The notes below the pieces were generated by a model. The model did not search any database. It saw only the letters and a list, made by a program, of their open reading frames with translations, and was not told where the DNA came from. This document shows positions 1 through 9,757 of a stretch of 46,555 nucleotides of DNA, piece after piece (the first letter of the stretch is position 1; every line of letters begins with the position of its first letter). The DNA is taken from assembly GCA_007117785.1 (NCBI GenBank), contig SKFV01000142.1:1-46555 (forward strand), in the 5' to 3' direction. Made by a program: the position numbers and the translations under genes. The stretch comes from Pseudomonas sp. GTDB lineage: Bacteria > Pseudomonadota > Gammaproteobacteria > Pseudomonadales > Pseudomonadaceae.

Positions 1-1070
1 CAGTGGATATTGCCGCCACCCAGCAGTATCTCGCGGCCGGGCAGCATCACCACCTGGCGCTCGGGGAACAGCTCACGCAGTATCGCCTCGGCTACCCCAT
101 CCTGCGGGTCATCAAACTGTGGCGCGATAATGCCGCCATTGACGATCAGAAAGTTCACGTACGAACCGGCCAGCCGGATTGACGGGTCACGCGGCTGACT
201 GCCGGGCTGCGCATCCACGCCAGCACATTCGTCCTGGGTGGCATGCAGGGGGCCGGGAATCGGTATGCGGTGCACGGTCAATTGCCGGCCCTGGGCATCG
301 GTGGCTGATGCCAGCACCTCAAGCGCGGCCTGGCAGCGCGGGTAGTTCGGGTCCTGCGGGTCATCGGTCCAGGCCAGCAGCACTTCACCGGGGCGGATGA
401 AACAGCAGAAGTTGTCGACATGACCATCGGTTTCGTCGTTGTACAGCCCTTCCGGCAGCCAGATGACCTTCTGCACCCCCAGATAATCAGCCAGCTGATG
501 TTCGATCGCGCGGCGGTCGAGGTGCGGGTTGCGGTTGGCGTTGAGCAGGCATTCCTCGGTAGTGATCAGGGTACCTTCGCCATCGACATGAATGGCGCCG
601 CCTTCGAGCACAAAGCCTTCGGTGCGATAGCGGGCGCAGCGTTCCAGCCGCAGGATTTTTTCCGCGACCTGGTCATCGCGCTGCCAGGGCCAGTACAGCC
701 CACCGTTGAAACCACCCCAGGCATTGAACTGCCAATCGACACCACGCAGCTCGCCGGCGGCATTGCGCACAAAGGTCGGCCCGCTATCCCGTACCCAGGC
801 ATCATCACTGCTGATTTCGACCAGACGGATGTTCGGGTGGCGGCAGCGCATGCTGGCATTGGCAAACTGCCCTGCCGACACACCGATGGTCACCGGCTCG
901 AAGTCGGCAATCGCCTCGGCCACACGCAAAAAGGCGGCCTGCGCCGGTTTTGCCCCCAGTCGCCAGTTATCCGGGCGCTCGGGCCAGAGCATCCAGGTCT
1001 GCGCATGGGGAGCCCATTCGGCGGGCATGGCGAAGCCGTCGGCGCCGGGTGTCGAAGTCAGCGTATGCAT
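1..1070 (-). CDS. aguA: Agmatine deiminase (3' end truncated by window edge)
   Basis: Not in the ORF track because it has no stop in the window. Manual translation from ATG 1070 gives [22 protein letters not shown]...; the window edge reads [13 protein letters not shown](C), the catalytic Cys motif of agmatine deiminases. Lies 2 nt downstream of aguB. Confidence 0.95.
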   Translation of the reverse strand, partial: MHTLTSTPGADGFAMPAEWAPHAQTWMLWPERPDNWRLGAKPAQAAFLRVAEAIADFEPVTIGVSAGQFANASMRCRHPNIRLVEISSDDAWVRDSGPTFVRNAAGELRGVDWQFNAWGGFNGGLYWPWQRDDQVAEKILRLERCARYRTEGFVLEGGAIHVDGEGTLITTEECLLNANRNPHLDRRAIEHQLADYLGVQKVIWLPEGLYNDETDGHVDNFCCFIRPGEVLLAWTDDPQDPNYPRCQAALEVLASATDAQGRQLTVHRIPIPGPLHATQDECAGVDAQPGSQPRDPSIRLAGSYVNFLIVNGGIIAPQFDDPQDGVAEAILRELFPERQVVMLPGREILLGGGNIH

Positions 1071-1072
1071 GC

Positions 1073-1951
1073 TCAGGATTCCAGGCTGCCATCCAGAGAT
1101 TTCAGCGGGCCATAGAGGTTGGGCCGGCGATCGCGGAACACACCCCAGGCGCTGCGGATATGCTCCAGTTCATTCAGATCAAAGCGCTGAACCAGCACGC
1201 CCTCTTCCTGCTGGTCCAGCTCCTGCAACTTGGCACCGAACTGGTCAGCAATAAAGGAGCTGCCGTAGAAGGTAATGTCGTAACCGTCCTGCTCTTCACG
1301 GCCAATACGGTTGCTGGCAATCAAGGGCATCAGGTTGGCGCCGGCATGGCCCTGCTGCACGCGCTGCCAATGCTCGCGCGAGTTGATTGTCTGATCATGT
1401 GGCTCGGTACCGATAGCCGTCGGGTAGAACAGCAGCTCGGCGCCTTGCAGCGCCATGGCGCGGGCGGACTCGGGGAACCACTGATCCCAGCAGATACCCA
1501 CGCCGATTTTGGCATAGCGCGTCTGCCAGACCTTGAAACCGGTATCACCGGGATTGAAGTAATACTTCTCGTGATAGCCGGGGCCGTCCGGAATATGGCT
1601 CTTGCGGTAGATACCCAGATTGCTGCCGTCGGCATCAATGATGGCCACGCTGTTGAAGCGCGCGCGCCCGGCCAGCTCGAAAAAGCTGATCGGCAGCACC
1701 ACCTTGAGCTCTTTGGCCACCGCCTGGAAGTGGCGGATTGCCGGGTTGTCTTCCACGCGGGTTGCCAACTGCAGGTAATCCGCATTCGGTTTCTGACAGA
1801 AATAGGGCGTCTCGAACAGTTCCTGGATCAGGATGATCTGCGCACCTTGACTGGCCGCCTCACGTACCAGGCGCTCGGCCTTGGCCAGATTGTCGGCATG
1901 TTCCCAGGAACAGCTCATCTGGGTGGCGGCAACGGTAACGGGTCGGGACAT
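1073..1951 (-). CDS. aguB: N-carbamoylputrescine amidase (nitrilase superfamily)
   Basis: [28 protein letters not shown] and [10 protein letters not shown] give the E-K-C triad. Start set at [12 protein letters not shown], preceded by GGAG. Confidence 0.95.
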   Translation of the reverse strand: MSRPVTVAATQMSCSWEHADNLAKAERLVREAASQGAQIILIQELFETPYFCQKPNADYLQLATRVEDNPAIRHFQAVAKELKVVLPISFFELAGRARFNSVAIIDADGSNLGIYRKSHIPDGPGYHEKYYFNPGDTGFKVWQTRYAKIGVGICWDQWFPESARAMALQGAELLFYPTAIGTEPHDQTINSREHWQRVQQGHAGANLMPLIASNRIGREEQDGYDITFYGSSFIADQFGAKLQELDQQEEGVLVQRFDLNELEHIRSAWGVFRDRRPNLYGPLKSLDGSLES

Positions 1952-1993
1952 GGTCAGGGCTCCAAAACAGGGGGACAGGTGCACAGTTATAGG

Positions 1994-2027
1994 TGAAGCC
2001 GGCGCGCGCTGCAAACGCGCCGGTTCA
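1994..2027. other. Intergenic GC-rich stem-loop between spuI and aguB
   Basis: CCGGCGCG (1999-2006) pairs with CGCGCCGG (2016-2023), extendable by TGAA/TTCA with one bulge; no U-tract. Confidence 0.5.
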
Positions 2028-2063
2028 TGGGGTCAGCAATGCCGATCATTGGTTAGCAGTACG

Positions 2064-3563
2064 TTACACCGTATGCAGGTACCACATGTATTCGAGGTCG
2101 GAGATGGTCTGCTCAAACTCGGCCAGCTCGTTTTCCTTGCACAGGGTAAAGACGTCGAGGTATTCCTCGCCGATGTATTGCTGCATCACCGGTGAGTTCT
2201 CCAGCTCGCGCAGGGCATCACGCAGGTTGGTCGGTAGCGTGGCCTCGTGCTGATCGTAGGCGTTGCCTTCGGTCATCGGTGGTGGCTCGATGCGGTTGCT
2301 GATGCCATGGTGAATGGCAGACAGCAGCGCCGCCATCAGCAGATAGGGGTTGGCATCGGCGCCGGCGAGGCGGTTCTCGATACGCATGGCTTCCGGGTCA
2401 CCGGTCGGCACGCGCACGGCCACAGTACGGTTGTCCAGGCCCCAGGTCGGTGCGCAGGGCACGAAGAAGCTGGGGCTGAAGCGGCGATACGAGTTGACGT
2501 TGGGGCAGAGGAAGGCCATGTATTGCGGCAGGCTCTCCAGCATGCCACCAATGGCCCAGCGCAACATGTCACTCAGGTTGCCCTCGGCATCTGGCGCAAA
2601 GATGTTCTTGCCGTCTTTATCCAGCAGGCTGATATGCACATGCATACCGTTGCCGGCCTGATCGTAATAGGGCTTGGCCATGAAGGTGGTATCCATTTCA
2701 TGGTCATAGGCAACGCTCTTGATCACGCGCTTGAGCAGCACGCTGAAATCACAGGCCTGCACCGGGTCATCAACGTGACGCAGGTTGACTTCAAACTGCC
2801 CGGGGGCGGATTCGGCGACGATGGCGTCAGCGGGGATGCCCTGCTCGTGGGCAGCTTCGATGACGTCCTCGAGAAATTCGGCGTATTCGTCCAGGTCATC
2901 GATGGAATAGACCTGTACCGAGTTGGGCCGCTTGCCGGAGATCGGCGAGCGCGGCGGCTGTGGGCGGCCACTGATGTTTTCCTGGTCAATCAGGTAAAAC
3001 TCCAGCTCGAAAGCGGAAACCACGGTCAGATCCAGCGCCTGGAAGCGGTCTACCGCTTGCTGCAACACAAAACGCGGATCGGCAAAGAAGGGGGTTTCGC
3101 GGTCCAGTTCGTACATGGTCATCAGCAACTGGCCCGTCGGGCGCTTCTGCCAGGGCTCGACCTTCAGCGTGCCGGGAATCGGCAGGCAGATGCGGTCGGC
3201 GTCGCCGATTTCCAGCCCAAGGCCGGTTTCTTCCACCGTAGTGCCCTGAATATTCAGCGCGAAAATCGAGGCCGGCAGGGAAATGCCCTTTTCATAGACC
3301 TTGACCAGTGCTGAGCGGTCAATACGCTTGCCACGCACGATGCCGTTCATATCGGCAATCAGCAGGTCGATAAAGTGGATATCGGGGTTGGCGGCGAGAA
3401 AGTCTTCGGCTTCCTGAACGCTGGCCGGGCGCAAGGCGGCGGCTGCGGCGCTGGCGATGTCAGGGTTGCTGGCGGCTACGGCGGCGGCAAGGGCTTCAGC
3501 CTGGGTGGCACCGGTTGCGGCAGACTTTGCTGCTGCATGATCCGCTCCGGCTCGGGATTGCAT
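2064..3563 (-). CDS. spuI: Gamma-glutamyl-polyamine synthetase (glutamine synthetase family, SpuI/PuuA-like)
   Basis: DLLIADMNGIVRGKR, FELEFYL, ESAPGQFEVN, GNGMHVHIS and RIENRLAGADANPY motifs; divergent from spuA as in Pseudomonas. Start 3563 follows AGGTG. Confidence 0.88.
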   Translation of the reverse strand: MQSRAGADHAAAKSAATGATQAEALAAAVAASNPDIASAAAAALRPASVQEAEDFLAANPDIHFIDLLIADMNGIVRGKRIDRSALVKVYEKGISLPASIFALNIQGTTVEETGLGLEIGDADRICLPIPGTLKVEPWQKRPTGQLLMTMYELDRETPFFADPRFVLQQAVDRFQALDLTVVSAFELEFYLIDQENISGRPQPPRSPISGKRPNSVQVYSIDDLDEYAEFLEDVIEAAHEQGIPADAIVAESAPGQFEVNLRHVDDPVQACDFSVLLKRVIKSVAYDHEMDTTFMAKPYYDQAGNGMHVHISLLDKDGKNIFAPDAEGNLSDMLRWAIGGMLESLPQYMAFLCPNVNSYRRFSPSFFVPCAPTWGLDNRTVAVRVPTGDPEAMRIENRLAGADANPYLLMAALLSAIHHGISNRIEPPPMTEGNAYDQHEATLPTNLRDALRELENSPVMQQYIGEEYLDVFTLCKENELAEFEQTISDLEYMWYLHTV

Positions 3564-3580
3564 GGGGTTCACCTGTTGGT

Positions 3581-3836
3581 TGTAAAAAATATCAATCACG
3601 CATGGCGCTGCTGTCGAGTTAATCTCAAAGCCCGGAGTGAGTCAATAAAAAGCGTGCTGTGCAACGGCGGTGCAGTCGCCACGTTTTGGGGCACGGGCCA
3701 GCAATAGTGCGGCCTTGCAGCACGCTGCCCGTTGGTCTGGGTGGGTGCCCGCCCGGGGCTTTTTGTCTCGCTGTATTTTTGTTGCTATTGTACGAAAAAT
3801 TGAACAACAATGCGGATGTGTCCGTTTTTCACTACA
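3581..3836. promoter_or_regulatory. Divergent spuI/spuA control region with three 18-bp AT-rich boxes (candidate PuuR/PauR-type operators)
   Basis: TGTAAAAAATATCAATCA (3581-3598), TGTACGAAAAATTGAACA (3789-3806), TGTCCGTTTTTCACTACA (3819-3836). Regulator identity is inferred. Confidence 0.45.
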
Positions 3837-3848
3837 GGTGTTTGCTTC

Positions 3849-4613
3849 ATGCCAGGCTCGCGTAAACCCCTCGTCGGTATTCCCTGTTGCACCAGGCAAC
3901 AGGGTTTGCATCCCTTTCATCAGGTGGGTGACAAATACATCATGGGCGTGGTCGACGGGGCGGATGCCGTGCCCTTGCTGATACCGGCGCTGGGTGAGCA
4001 ACTGGCCAGTGAGCAGGTGCTGGATAGTCTTGACGGGCTGCTGATCACCGGCTCGCCTTCCAATGTCGAACCCCACCATTTCAATGGTCCGCCCAGCGAC
4101 CCTGGTACCGAGCATGACCCGCGCCGGGATGCGACCAACCTGCCGTTGATTCGTGCTGCGGTAGAGCGTGGCCTGCCGGTACTGGCCATCTGTCGCGGCT
4201 TTCAGGAAATGAACGTGGTCTTCGGTGGTAGCCTGCACCAGAAGCTGCATGAGGTCGGTGGCTATCAGGAGCACCGTGAAGACAAGTCACTGTCCGTCGA
4301 TTTGCAATACGGCCCGGCGCACAGCGTGGCGCTTGAGCCCGGTGGTTGGCTGGCACACTGGACCGGCTTGCAGAGTGCCATGGTCAACAGCCTGCATACC
4401 CAGGGCCTGGATCGGCTCGGTGAGGGGCTGATCGTTGAGGCACGCGCCGATGACGGTCTGGTGGAAGCCTTCCGGGTCGGCGGTGCGCCCGGTTTTGCCT
4501 TCGCCGTGCAATGGCATCCGGAGTGGAAGGTGCGCGAGAATCCGTTTTACCAAGCCATATTTACTGCCTTTGGTGACGCCTGTCGCCAATGGGCCACCAA
4601 GAGGGTGTCATGA
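3849..4613 (+). CDS. spuA: Gamma-glutamyl-gamma-aminobutyrate hydrolase family (peptidase C26, class I glutamine amidotransferase; PuuD-like)
   Basis: TGSPSNVEP, AICRGFQEMNV (catalytic Cys), VNSLHTQG and VQWHPEW motifs; RBS AGGTG at 3836. Confidence 0.92.
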   Translation: MPGSRKPLVGIPCCTRQQGLHPFHQVGDKYIMGVVDGADAVPLLIPALGEQLASEQVLDSLDGLLITGSPSNVEPHHFNGPPSDPGTEHDPRRDATNLPLIRAAVERGLPVLAICRGFQEMNVVFGGSLHQKLHEVGGYQEHREDKSLSVDLQYGPAHSVALEPGGWLAHWTGLQSAMVNSLHTQGLDRLGEGLIVEARADDGLVEAFRVGGAPGFAFAVQWHPEWKVRENPFYQAIFTAFGDACRQWATKRVS

Positions 4614-5956
4614 ACAAGATCGAAAACTGGCTGAAAGAGCACAAGATTACCGAGGTGGAATGCATGGTCAGTGATCTGACCGGGATTGCCCGCGGCAAGA
4701 TTGCGCCTACGGTCAAGTTCATTTCCGAGAAAGGCATGCGCCTGCCGGAAAGTATTCTGCTGCAATCGGTTACCGGCGATTATGTCGACGATGACATCTA
4801 CTATGACTTGCTCGACCCGGCGGATATCGACATGATCTGCAAACCGGACGAGAACGCCATCTACCTGGTGCCCTGGGCGCTGGAGCCGACCGCGCAGATC
4901 ATTCATGACACCTACGACAAGCTCGGCAACCCGATCGACATGTCGCCGCGCAATCTGCTGAAAAAAGTGCTCAAACTCTATGCCGACAAGGGCTGGCAGC
5001 CGCTGGTCGCGCCGGAAATGGAATTCTATCTGACCCGGCGCAACGAAGATCCGGACCTGCCCCTGCAGCCCCCGATCGGCCGTTCCGGGCGGCAGGAAAC
5101 CGGTCGTCAGTCGTTTTCCATTGATGCCGCCAACGAGTTCGACCCGCTGTTCGAGGACATGTACGACTGGTGCGAGGCCCAGGGCCTGGACCTGGATACC
5201 CTGATCCACGAGGAAGGCACGGCGCAGATGGAAATCAATTTCCGTCACGGCGACCCGCTGCAACTGGCGGATCAGGTGCTGGTGTTCAAGCGCACCATGC
5301 GCGAAGCGGCGCTCAAGCACGACATGACCGCCACCTTTATGGCCAAACCGATCACCAATGAGCCGGGCAGTGCCATGCATCTGCACCAGAGCATTATTGA
5401 TCGCGAGACCGGCAAGAACCTGTTTTCCAACCCCGACGGCAGCATGAGCGACCTTTTCATACACCACCTTGGTGGCCTGCAGCGCTATATCCCCGAGGTG
5501 CTACCGCTGTTTGCCCCCAACGTGAACTCCTTCCGTCGCTTCCTGCCGGACACCTCGGCCCCGGTGAACGTGGAGTGGGGCGAAGAGAACCGCACCGCCG
5601 GTTTGCGCGTACCGGACTCCGATGCGCAGAACCGACGGGTAGAAAATCGCCTGCCGGGTGCTGATGCCAACCCCTACATTGCCATTGCGGCCAGCTTGCT
5701 GTGTGGTTATCTGGGCATGATCAGCCAGATTCCGCCCTCGGCACCGGTCAAGGGGCGCGCCTATGAGCGGCGCAATCTCCAGTTGCCGCTGACGCTGGAA
5801 TCAGCGTTGGAGCGTATGGAGCAATGTTCTGACGTGCAGGAATACCTGGGTGAGAAATTCTGCCGCGGCTATGTCGCCGTCAAGCGCGTCGAGCATGAGA
5901 ACTACAAGCGGGTAATCAGCTCCTGGGAGCGCGAATTCCTGTTGTTGTCCGTCTAA
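4610..5956 (+). CDS. spuB: Gamma-glutamyl-polyamine synthetase (glutamine synthetase family)
   Basis: SDLTGIARGK, APEMEFYL, HEEGTAQMEIN, GSAMHLHQS and RVENRLPGADANPY motifs; ATGA overlap with spuA. Confidence 0.9.
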   Translation: MNKIENWLKEHKITEVECMVSDLTGIARGKIAPTVKFISEKGMRLPESILLQSVTGDYVDDDIYYDLLDPADIDMICKPDENAIYLVPWALEPTAQIIHDTYDKLGNPIDMSPRNLLKKVLKLYADKGWQPLVAPEMEFYLTRRNEDPDLPLQPPIGRSGRQETGRQSFSIDAANEFDPLFEDMYDWCEAQGLDLDTLIHEEGTAQMEINFRHGDPLQLADQVLVFKRTMREAALKHDMTATFMAKPITNEPGSAMHLHQSIIDRETGKNLFSNPDGSMSDLFIHHLGGLQRYIPEVLPLFAPNVNSFRRFLPDTSAPVNVEWGEENRTAGLRVPDSDAQNRRVENRLPGADANPYIAIAASLLCGYLGMISQIPPSAPVKGRAYERRNLQLPLTLESALERMEQCSDVQEYLGEKFCRGYVAVKRVEHENYKRVISSWEREFLLLSV

Positions 5957-5978
5957 CCTGAGGGCAAGGAGACCCCCT

Positions 5979-7352
5979 ATGATAACGCAACCGCCGCTGG
6001 ATACCGCTGAACTGCAGGCGATGGACCGGGCGCATTACCTGCATCCCTTTACTGACCACAAGGCACTCGGTGAGCGGGGTGCGCGCATCATCGAGCGCGC
6101 AGAAGGCATCTGGCTGTGGGATAGCGAAGGCAACCGCATTCTCGATGCCATGGCTGGCCTCTGGTGTGTCAACGTCGGTTACGGACGCACCGAACTGGCC
6201 GAAGTGGCCTACCGGCAAATGCTTGAACTGCCCTATTACAACAGCTTCTTCCAGTGCGCCAACCCGCCAGCAGTACGCCTGGCCAGTGCCATTGCCGAGG
6301 TTGCTCCTGCGCATATGAACCGGGTGTTCTTTGCCGGCTCCGGCTCGGAAGCCAACGACACCGTGCTACGCATGGTGCGCCGTTACTGGGACCTCAAAGG
6401 CCAGCCGCAGAAAAAAACCGTGATTGGCCGTATCAACGGCTATCACGGCTCGACTGTGGCGGGTGCCAGTCTCGGCGGCATGAAACCCATGCACGCCCAG
6501 GGTGATTTGCCGATTCCGGGCATCGTGCACATTCCACAGCCCTACTGGTTTGGCGAGGGCGGCGAGCAGAGTCCGGAGGATTTCGGTATCTGGGCGGCGC
6601 AGCAACTGGAAGCAAAGATTCTGGAGCTCGGCGTCGATCAGGTGGCTGCCTTTATCGCCGAGCCGATTCAGGGCGCAGGCGGGGTGATTGTGCCACCGGC
6701 GACCTACTGGCCGGAGATCAAGCGCATTCTCGCCGCCTACGACATTCTGCTGGTGGTGGATGAAGTCATCTGCGGCTTTGGCCGTACCGGTGAATGGTTT
6801 GGCAGCCAGTACTACGACCTGACCCCGGACCTGATGCCGATTGCCAAGGGCATGACCTCAGGCTATCTGCCCATGGGCGGTGTGATTGTCAGCGATCGTG
6901 TGGCCGACACCCTGATCGAGGAAGGGGGCGAATTTTTCCATGGCTATACCTACTCCGGCCATCCGGTGGCCGCCGCGGTGGGTCTGGAAAATCTGCGTAT
7001 CCTGCGTGAGGAAGGCATCGTCGACCGTGTACGCACTGAAACGGCACCCTATTTGCAGGACAAAATCGCCGGCCTGATTGATCACCCCCTGGTGGGTGAA
7101 GTACGCGGTGTTGGCCTGCTCGGTGCCCTCGAACTGGTCAGCGACAAGGTCAGCCGTGCTCGTTTTGCGGGCAATGGCCGCGCTGGCGGCCTGTGCCGTG
7201 ACATCTGTGTAACCAACGGACTGGTGATGCGAGCGGTGGGTGACACTATGATCATGTCGCCGCCGCTGATTATCAGTCGCCAGGAAGTTGATCAGTTGGT
7301 CGAGCTGATCTGGCGCTGCCTCGACCTGACTGCTATAGCGCTGAAGGAATAG
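5979..7352 (+). CDS. spuC: Putrescine:pyruvate aminotransferase (class III PLP-dependent)
   Basis: DAMAGLWCVNVGYGR, YHGST, AEPIQGAGG, DEVICGFGRTG and IAKGMTSGY (PLP lysine); RBS AAGGAG. Confidence 0.92.
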   Translation: MITQPPLDTAELQAMDRAHYLHPFTDHKALGERGARIIERAEGIWLWDSEGNRILDAMAGLWCVNVGYGRTELAEVAYRQMLELPYYNSFFQCANPPAVRLASAIAEVAPAHMNRVFFAGSGSEANDTVLRMVRRYWDLKGQPQKKTVIGRINGYHGSTVAGASLGGMKPMHAQGDLPIPGIVHIPQPYWFGEGGEQSPEDFGIWAAQQLEAKILELGVDQVAAFIAEPIQGAGGVIVPPATYWPEIKRILAAYDILLVVDEVICGFGRTGEWFGSQYYDLTPDLMPIAKGMTSGYLPMGGVIVSDRVADTLIEEGGEFFHGYTYSGHPVAAAVGLENLRILREEGIVDRVRTETAPYLQDKIAGLIDHPLVGEVRGVGLLGALELVSDKVSRARFAGNGRAGGLCRDICVTNGLVMRAVGDTMIMSPPLIISRQEVDQLVELIWRCLDLTAIALKE

Positions 7353-7380
7353 CTATACTTGCTGCCGACAGGCGGTAAAA

Positions 7381-7440
7381 CCACTGGCTTGGCCAGTAAC
7401 AACCCAGACAACAGACCAAGCCAGTGGGGCCGGTGTCTGT
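7381..7440 (+). promoter_or_regulatory. Structured leader upstream of spuD (12-bp inverted repeat with alternative pairings)
   Basis: CCACTGGCTTGG (7381-7392) pairs with CCAAGCCAGTGG (7416-7427) around a CA-rich loop, just 5' of the RBS AAGGAG (7443-7448). Confidence 0.5.
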
Positions 7441-7453
7441 GCAAGGAGATACC

Positions 7454-8557
7454 ATGAAAGTGTTGACCCAAAAGACCGTGTTGGCGATGGCCACTGCCGG
7501 CCTCATGGCTGGTTCGCTGAGTGCGCAGGCGGCTGGTGAGCTGAAAATCTTCAACTGGTCGGATTACATTGCCGAAGACACCATTGCCAACTTCGAAGCA
7601 GAAACCGGCATCAAGGTGACCTACGACGTTTACGACTCCAACGAAGTGCTGGAAGCACGACTGCTGACAGGTCGTTCGGGCTTTGACATCGTGGTGCCGT
7701 CGAATAACTTCCTGACTCGCCAGATTCAGGCGGGTGTGTACCAGAAGCTGGATCACAGCAAACTGCCCAACATGGCAAACCTCGATCCGGCGTTGCTGGA
7801 TGATCTGGAAAATGTCGACCCCGGCAGCCAGTACTCGGTCCCTTACCTGTGGGGCACCAACGGTATCGGTTACAACATCGACAAGGTTACCGCCATTCTT
7901 GGTGATGACGCCCCGGTTGATTCCTGGGACCTGGTGTTCAACCCGGAGATCGTCAGCCAGCTGTCCAGCTGTGGTGTGACCATGCTGGATTCCGGTGATG
8001 AAATGATCCCGGTTGCCCTCAACTACCTGGGCCTGGACCCGAACAGTACCGATAGCGCTGAGATCGCCAGGGCAGCTGAAGTGCTGATGAATGTGCGCTC
8101 GCATATCACCTATTTCCACTCCTCGCGCTATATCTCTGACCTGGCCAACGGCGAGATCTGCGTTGCTGTGGGCTATTCCGGTGATATCTTTCAGGCCGCT
8201 GACCGCGCCGAGGAAGCCGAGAACAATGTGAATATCGGCTATATCATTCCCAAGGAAGGTACCACCCTGTGGTTCGATATGCTGGCCATCCCGGCCGATG
8301 CCCCGAACGTCGAGAATGCGCATACCTTTATCAACTACATCCTGCGTCCTGACGTGATTGTGCCGATCACTGAATACGTGGTCTACGCCAACCCGAACAA
8401 GGCCTCCTACGAGCTGTTGGATCCGGAAATTCTCGCCAATGAAGAGGTCTATCCGACAGCTGAAATCATGGAAAAGCTGTTCGTAGTAGTGCCTCGTCCG
8501 CAAAGCGCCCAGCGTGATGTAACCCGCGCCTGGAACCGCATCAAGTCCGGCCGTTGA
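7454..8557 (+). CDS. spuD: Polyamine ABC transporter periplasmic binding protein (PotF/SpuD)
   Basis: Signal peptide ending SAQA; FNWSDYI, YDVYDSNE, PYLWGTNGIGYN, FHSSRYISDLANG, GYSGD and PKEG..LWFDMLAIP motifs. Confidence 0.92.
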   Translation: MKVLTQKTVLAMATAGLMAGSLSAQAAGELKIFNWSDYIAEDTIANFEAETGIKVTYDVYDSNEVLEARLLTGRSGFDIVVPSNNFLTRQIQAGVYQKLDHSKLPNMANLDPALLDDLENVDPGSQYSVPYLWGTNGIGYNIDKVTAILGDDAPVDSWDLVFNPEIVSQLSSCGVTMLDSGDEMIPVALNYLGLDPNSTDSAEIARAAEVLMNVRSHITYFHSSRYISDLANGEICVAVGYSGDIFQAADRAEEAENNVNIGYIIPKEGTTLWFDMLAIPADAPNVENAHTFINYILRPDVIVPITEYVVYANPNKASYELLDPEILANEEVYPTAEIMEKLFVVVPRPQSAQRDVTRAWNRIKSGR

Positions 8558-8564
8558 TGGCCGC

Positions 8565-8589
8565 TCGGGGCTGTCGCTGACAGCCCCGA
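8565..8589 (+). other. Intercistronic hairpin after the binding-protein gene (mRNA stabiliser or partial terminator)
   Basis: Perfect 11-bp stem TCGGGGCTGTC-gct-GACAGCCCCGA, without a clear U-tract. Confidence 0.65.
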
Positions 8590-8620
8590 CCCCTTGTCAA
8601 AGATTGGCTGGAGTTCATCT

Positions 8621-9757
8621 ATGGTAGGCGCAGTGGGGGCAATGAAGCAGGCGCAGGAAAAGGCCGGTGCGGTCGAATTCGTGCGTATAGAGGGGGTCAG
8701 CAAGCAGTTTGACGATGCCCTGGCTGTGGATGACGTCAATCTGAGTATCAATCGTGGTGAGATCTTTGCCCTGCTGGGTGGTTCCGGCTCGGGTAAATCG
8801 ACCTTGCTGCGCATGCTGGCCGGCTTCGAGCGGCCAACCAAGGGCCGGGTATTTCTCGACGGCCAGGATATTACCGATCTGCCGCCCTATCAGCGGCCGA
8901 TCAACATGATGTTCCAGTCCTACGCGCTCTTTCCGCACATGACGGTGGCGCAGAACATTGCCTTCGGCCTCAAGCAGGACCGTATGAGTCGCGCGGATAT
9001 CGACGCGCGGGTGGCGGAGATGCTCAAGCTGGTGCAAATGAGCCAGTACGCCAAGCGCAAACCGCACCAGTTGTCGGGTGGCCAGCGTCAGCGTGTGGCA
9101 CTCGCCCGCTCCCTGGCGAAAAGTCCCAAACTCCTGTTGCTCGACGAGCCGATGGGGGCGCTGGACAAGAAATTGCGCAGCCAGATGCAGCTGGAGCTGG
9201 TGGAAATCATTGAACGGGTCGGCGTGACCTGCATCATGGTCACCCATGATCAGGAAGAGGCCATGACCATGGCCCAGCGCATCGCCATCATGCATCAGGG
9301 CTGGATAGCCCAGGTCGGCAGCCCGGTGGATATTTACGAAAGCCCGAACAGCCGCCACGTGGCTGAATTTATCGGCAGTGTGAATGTGTTCGAGGGTGAA
9401 CTGGTGGCCGACATGGAAGACCATGCGATCATTGAGTGCCCGCAGCTGGATCGCCCGATCTATATCGGCCATGGCGTCAGTACCCGTGCCGAAGACAAGA
9501 AAGTGACCTACGCCCTGCGTCCGGAAAAGGTCTACATGAGCCTCGACAAGCCGGAAGGTGATTACAACTGGGCACATGGCCTGGTGCATGACATTGCCTA
9601 CCTGGGCGGTCATTCGGTTTATTACCTCAAGCTCGACAGTGGCCAGATTGTGCAGGCCTTTGTGCCTAACACCGAGCGACGCTTGCCGCGCCCGACCTGG
9701 GACGATCAGGTGTTCATCAGCTGGGAAGATGGTGCCGGCGTGGTGCTGCAAGGATGA
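8621..9757 (+). CDS. spuF: Polyamine ABC transporter ATP-binding subunit (PotG/SpuF)
   Basis: Walker A GGSGSGKS, LSGGQRQR, LLLLDEP and VTHDQEEA; GGAG at 8610-8613 supports the 8621 start (8642 is an alternative). Confidence 0.92.
   Translation: MVGAVGAMKQAQEKAGAVEFVRIEGVSKQFDDALAVDDVNLSINRGEIFALLGGSGSGKSTLLRMLAGFERPTKGRVFLDGQDITDLPPYQRPINMMFQSYALFPHMTVAQNIAFGLKQDRMSRADIDARVAEMLKLVQMSQYAKRKPHQLSGGQRQRVALARSLAKSPKLLLLDEPMGALDKKLRSQMQLELVEIIERVGVTCIMVTHDQEEAMTMAQRIAIMHQGWIAQVGSPVDIYESPNSRHVAEFIGSVNVFEGELVADMEDHAIIECPQLDRPIYIGHGVSTRAEDKKVTYALRPEKVYMSLDKPEGDYNWAHGLVHDIAYLGGHSVYYLKLDSGQIVQAFVPNTERRLPRPTWDDQVFISWEDGAGVVLQG

Noticed and set aside
420-1996. Plus-strand ORFs of 231 and 348 aa
   Set aside because: Antisense shadows of aguA and aguB with no recognisable motifs; the minus-strand frames carry the family signatures.
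3689-3703. Possible sigma-54 promoter (GGCACG...GCA)
   Set aside because: GGCACG is one base out of register with the GC, and the TTGC element is missing.
2064-5956. The two glutamine synthetase-like genes as true glnA or a recent duplication
   Set aside because: Context and sequence match gamma-glutamyl-polyamine synthetases, and the two are highly diverged from each other.
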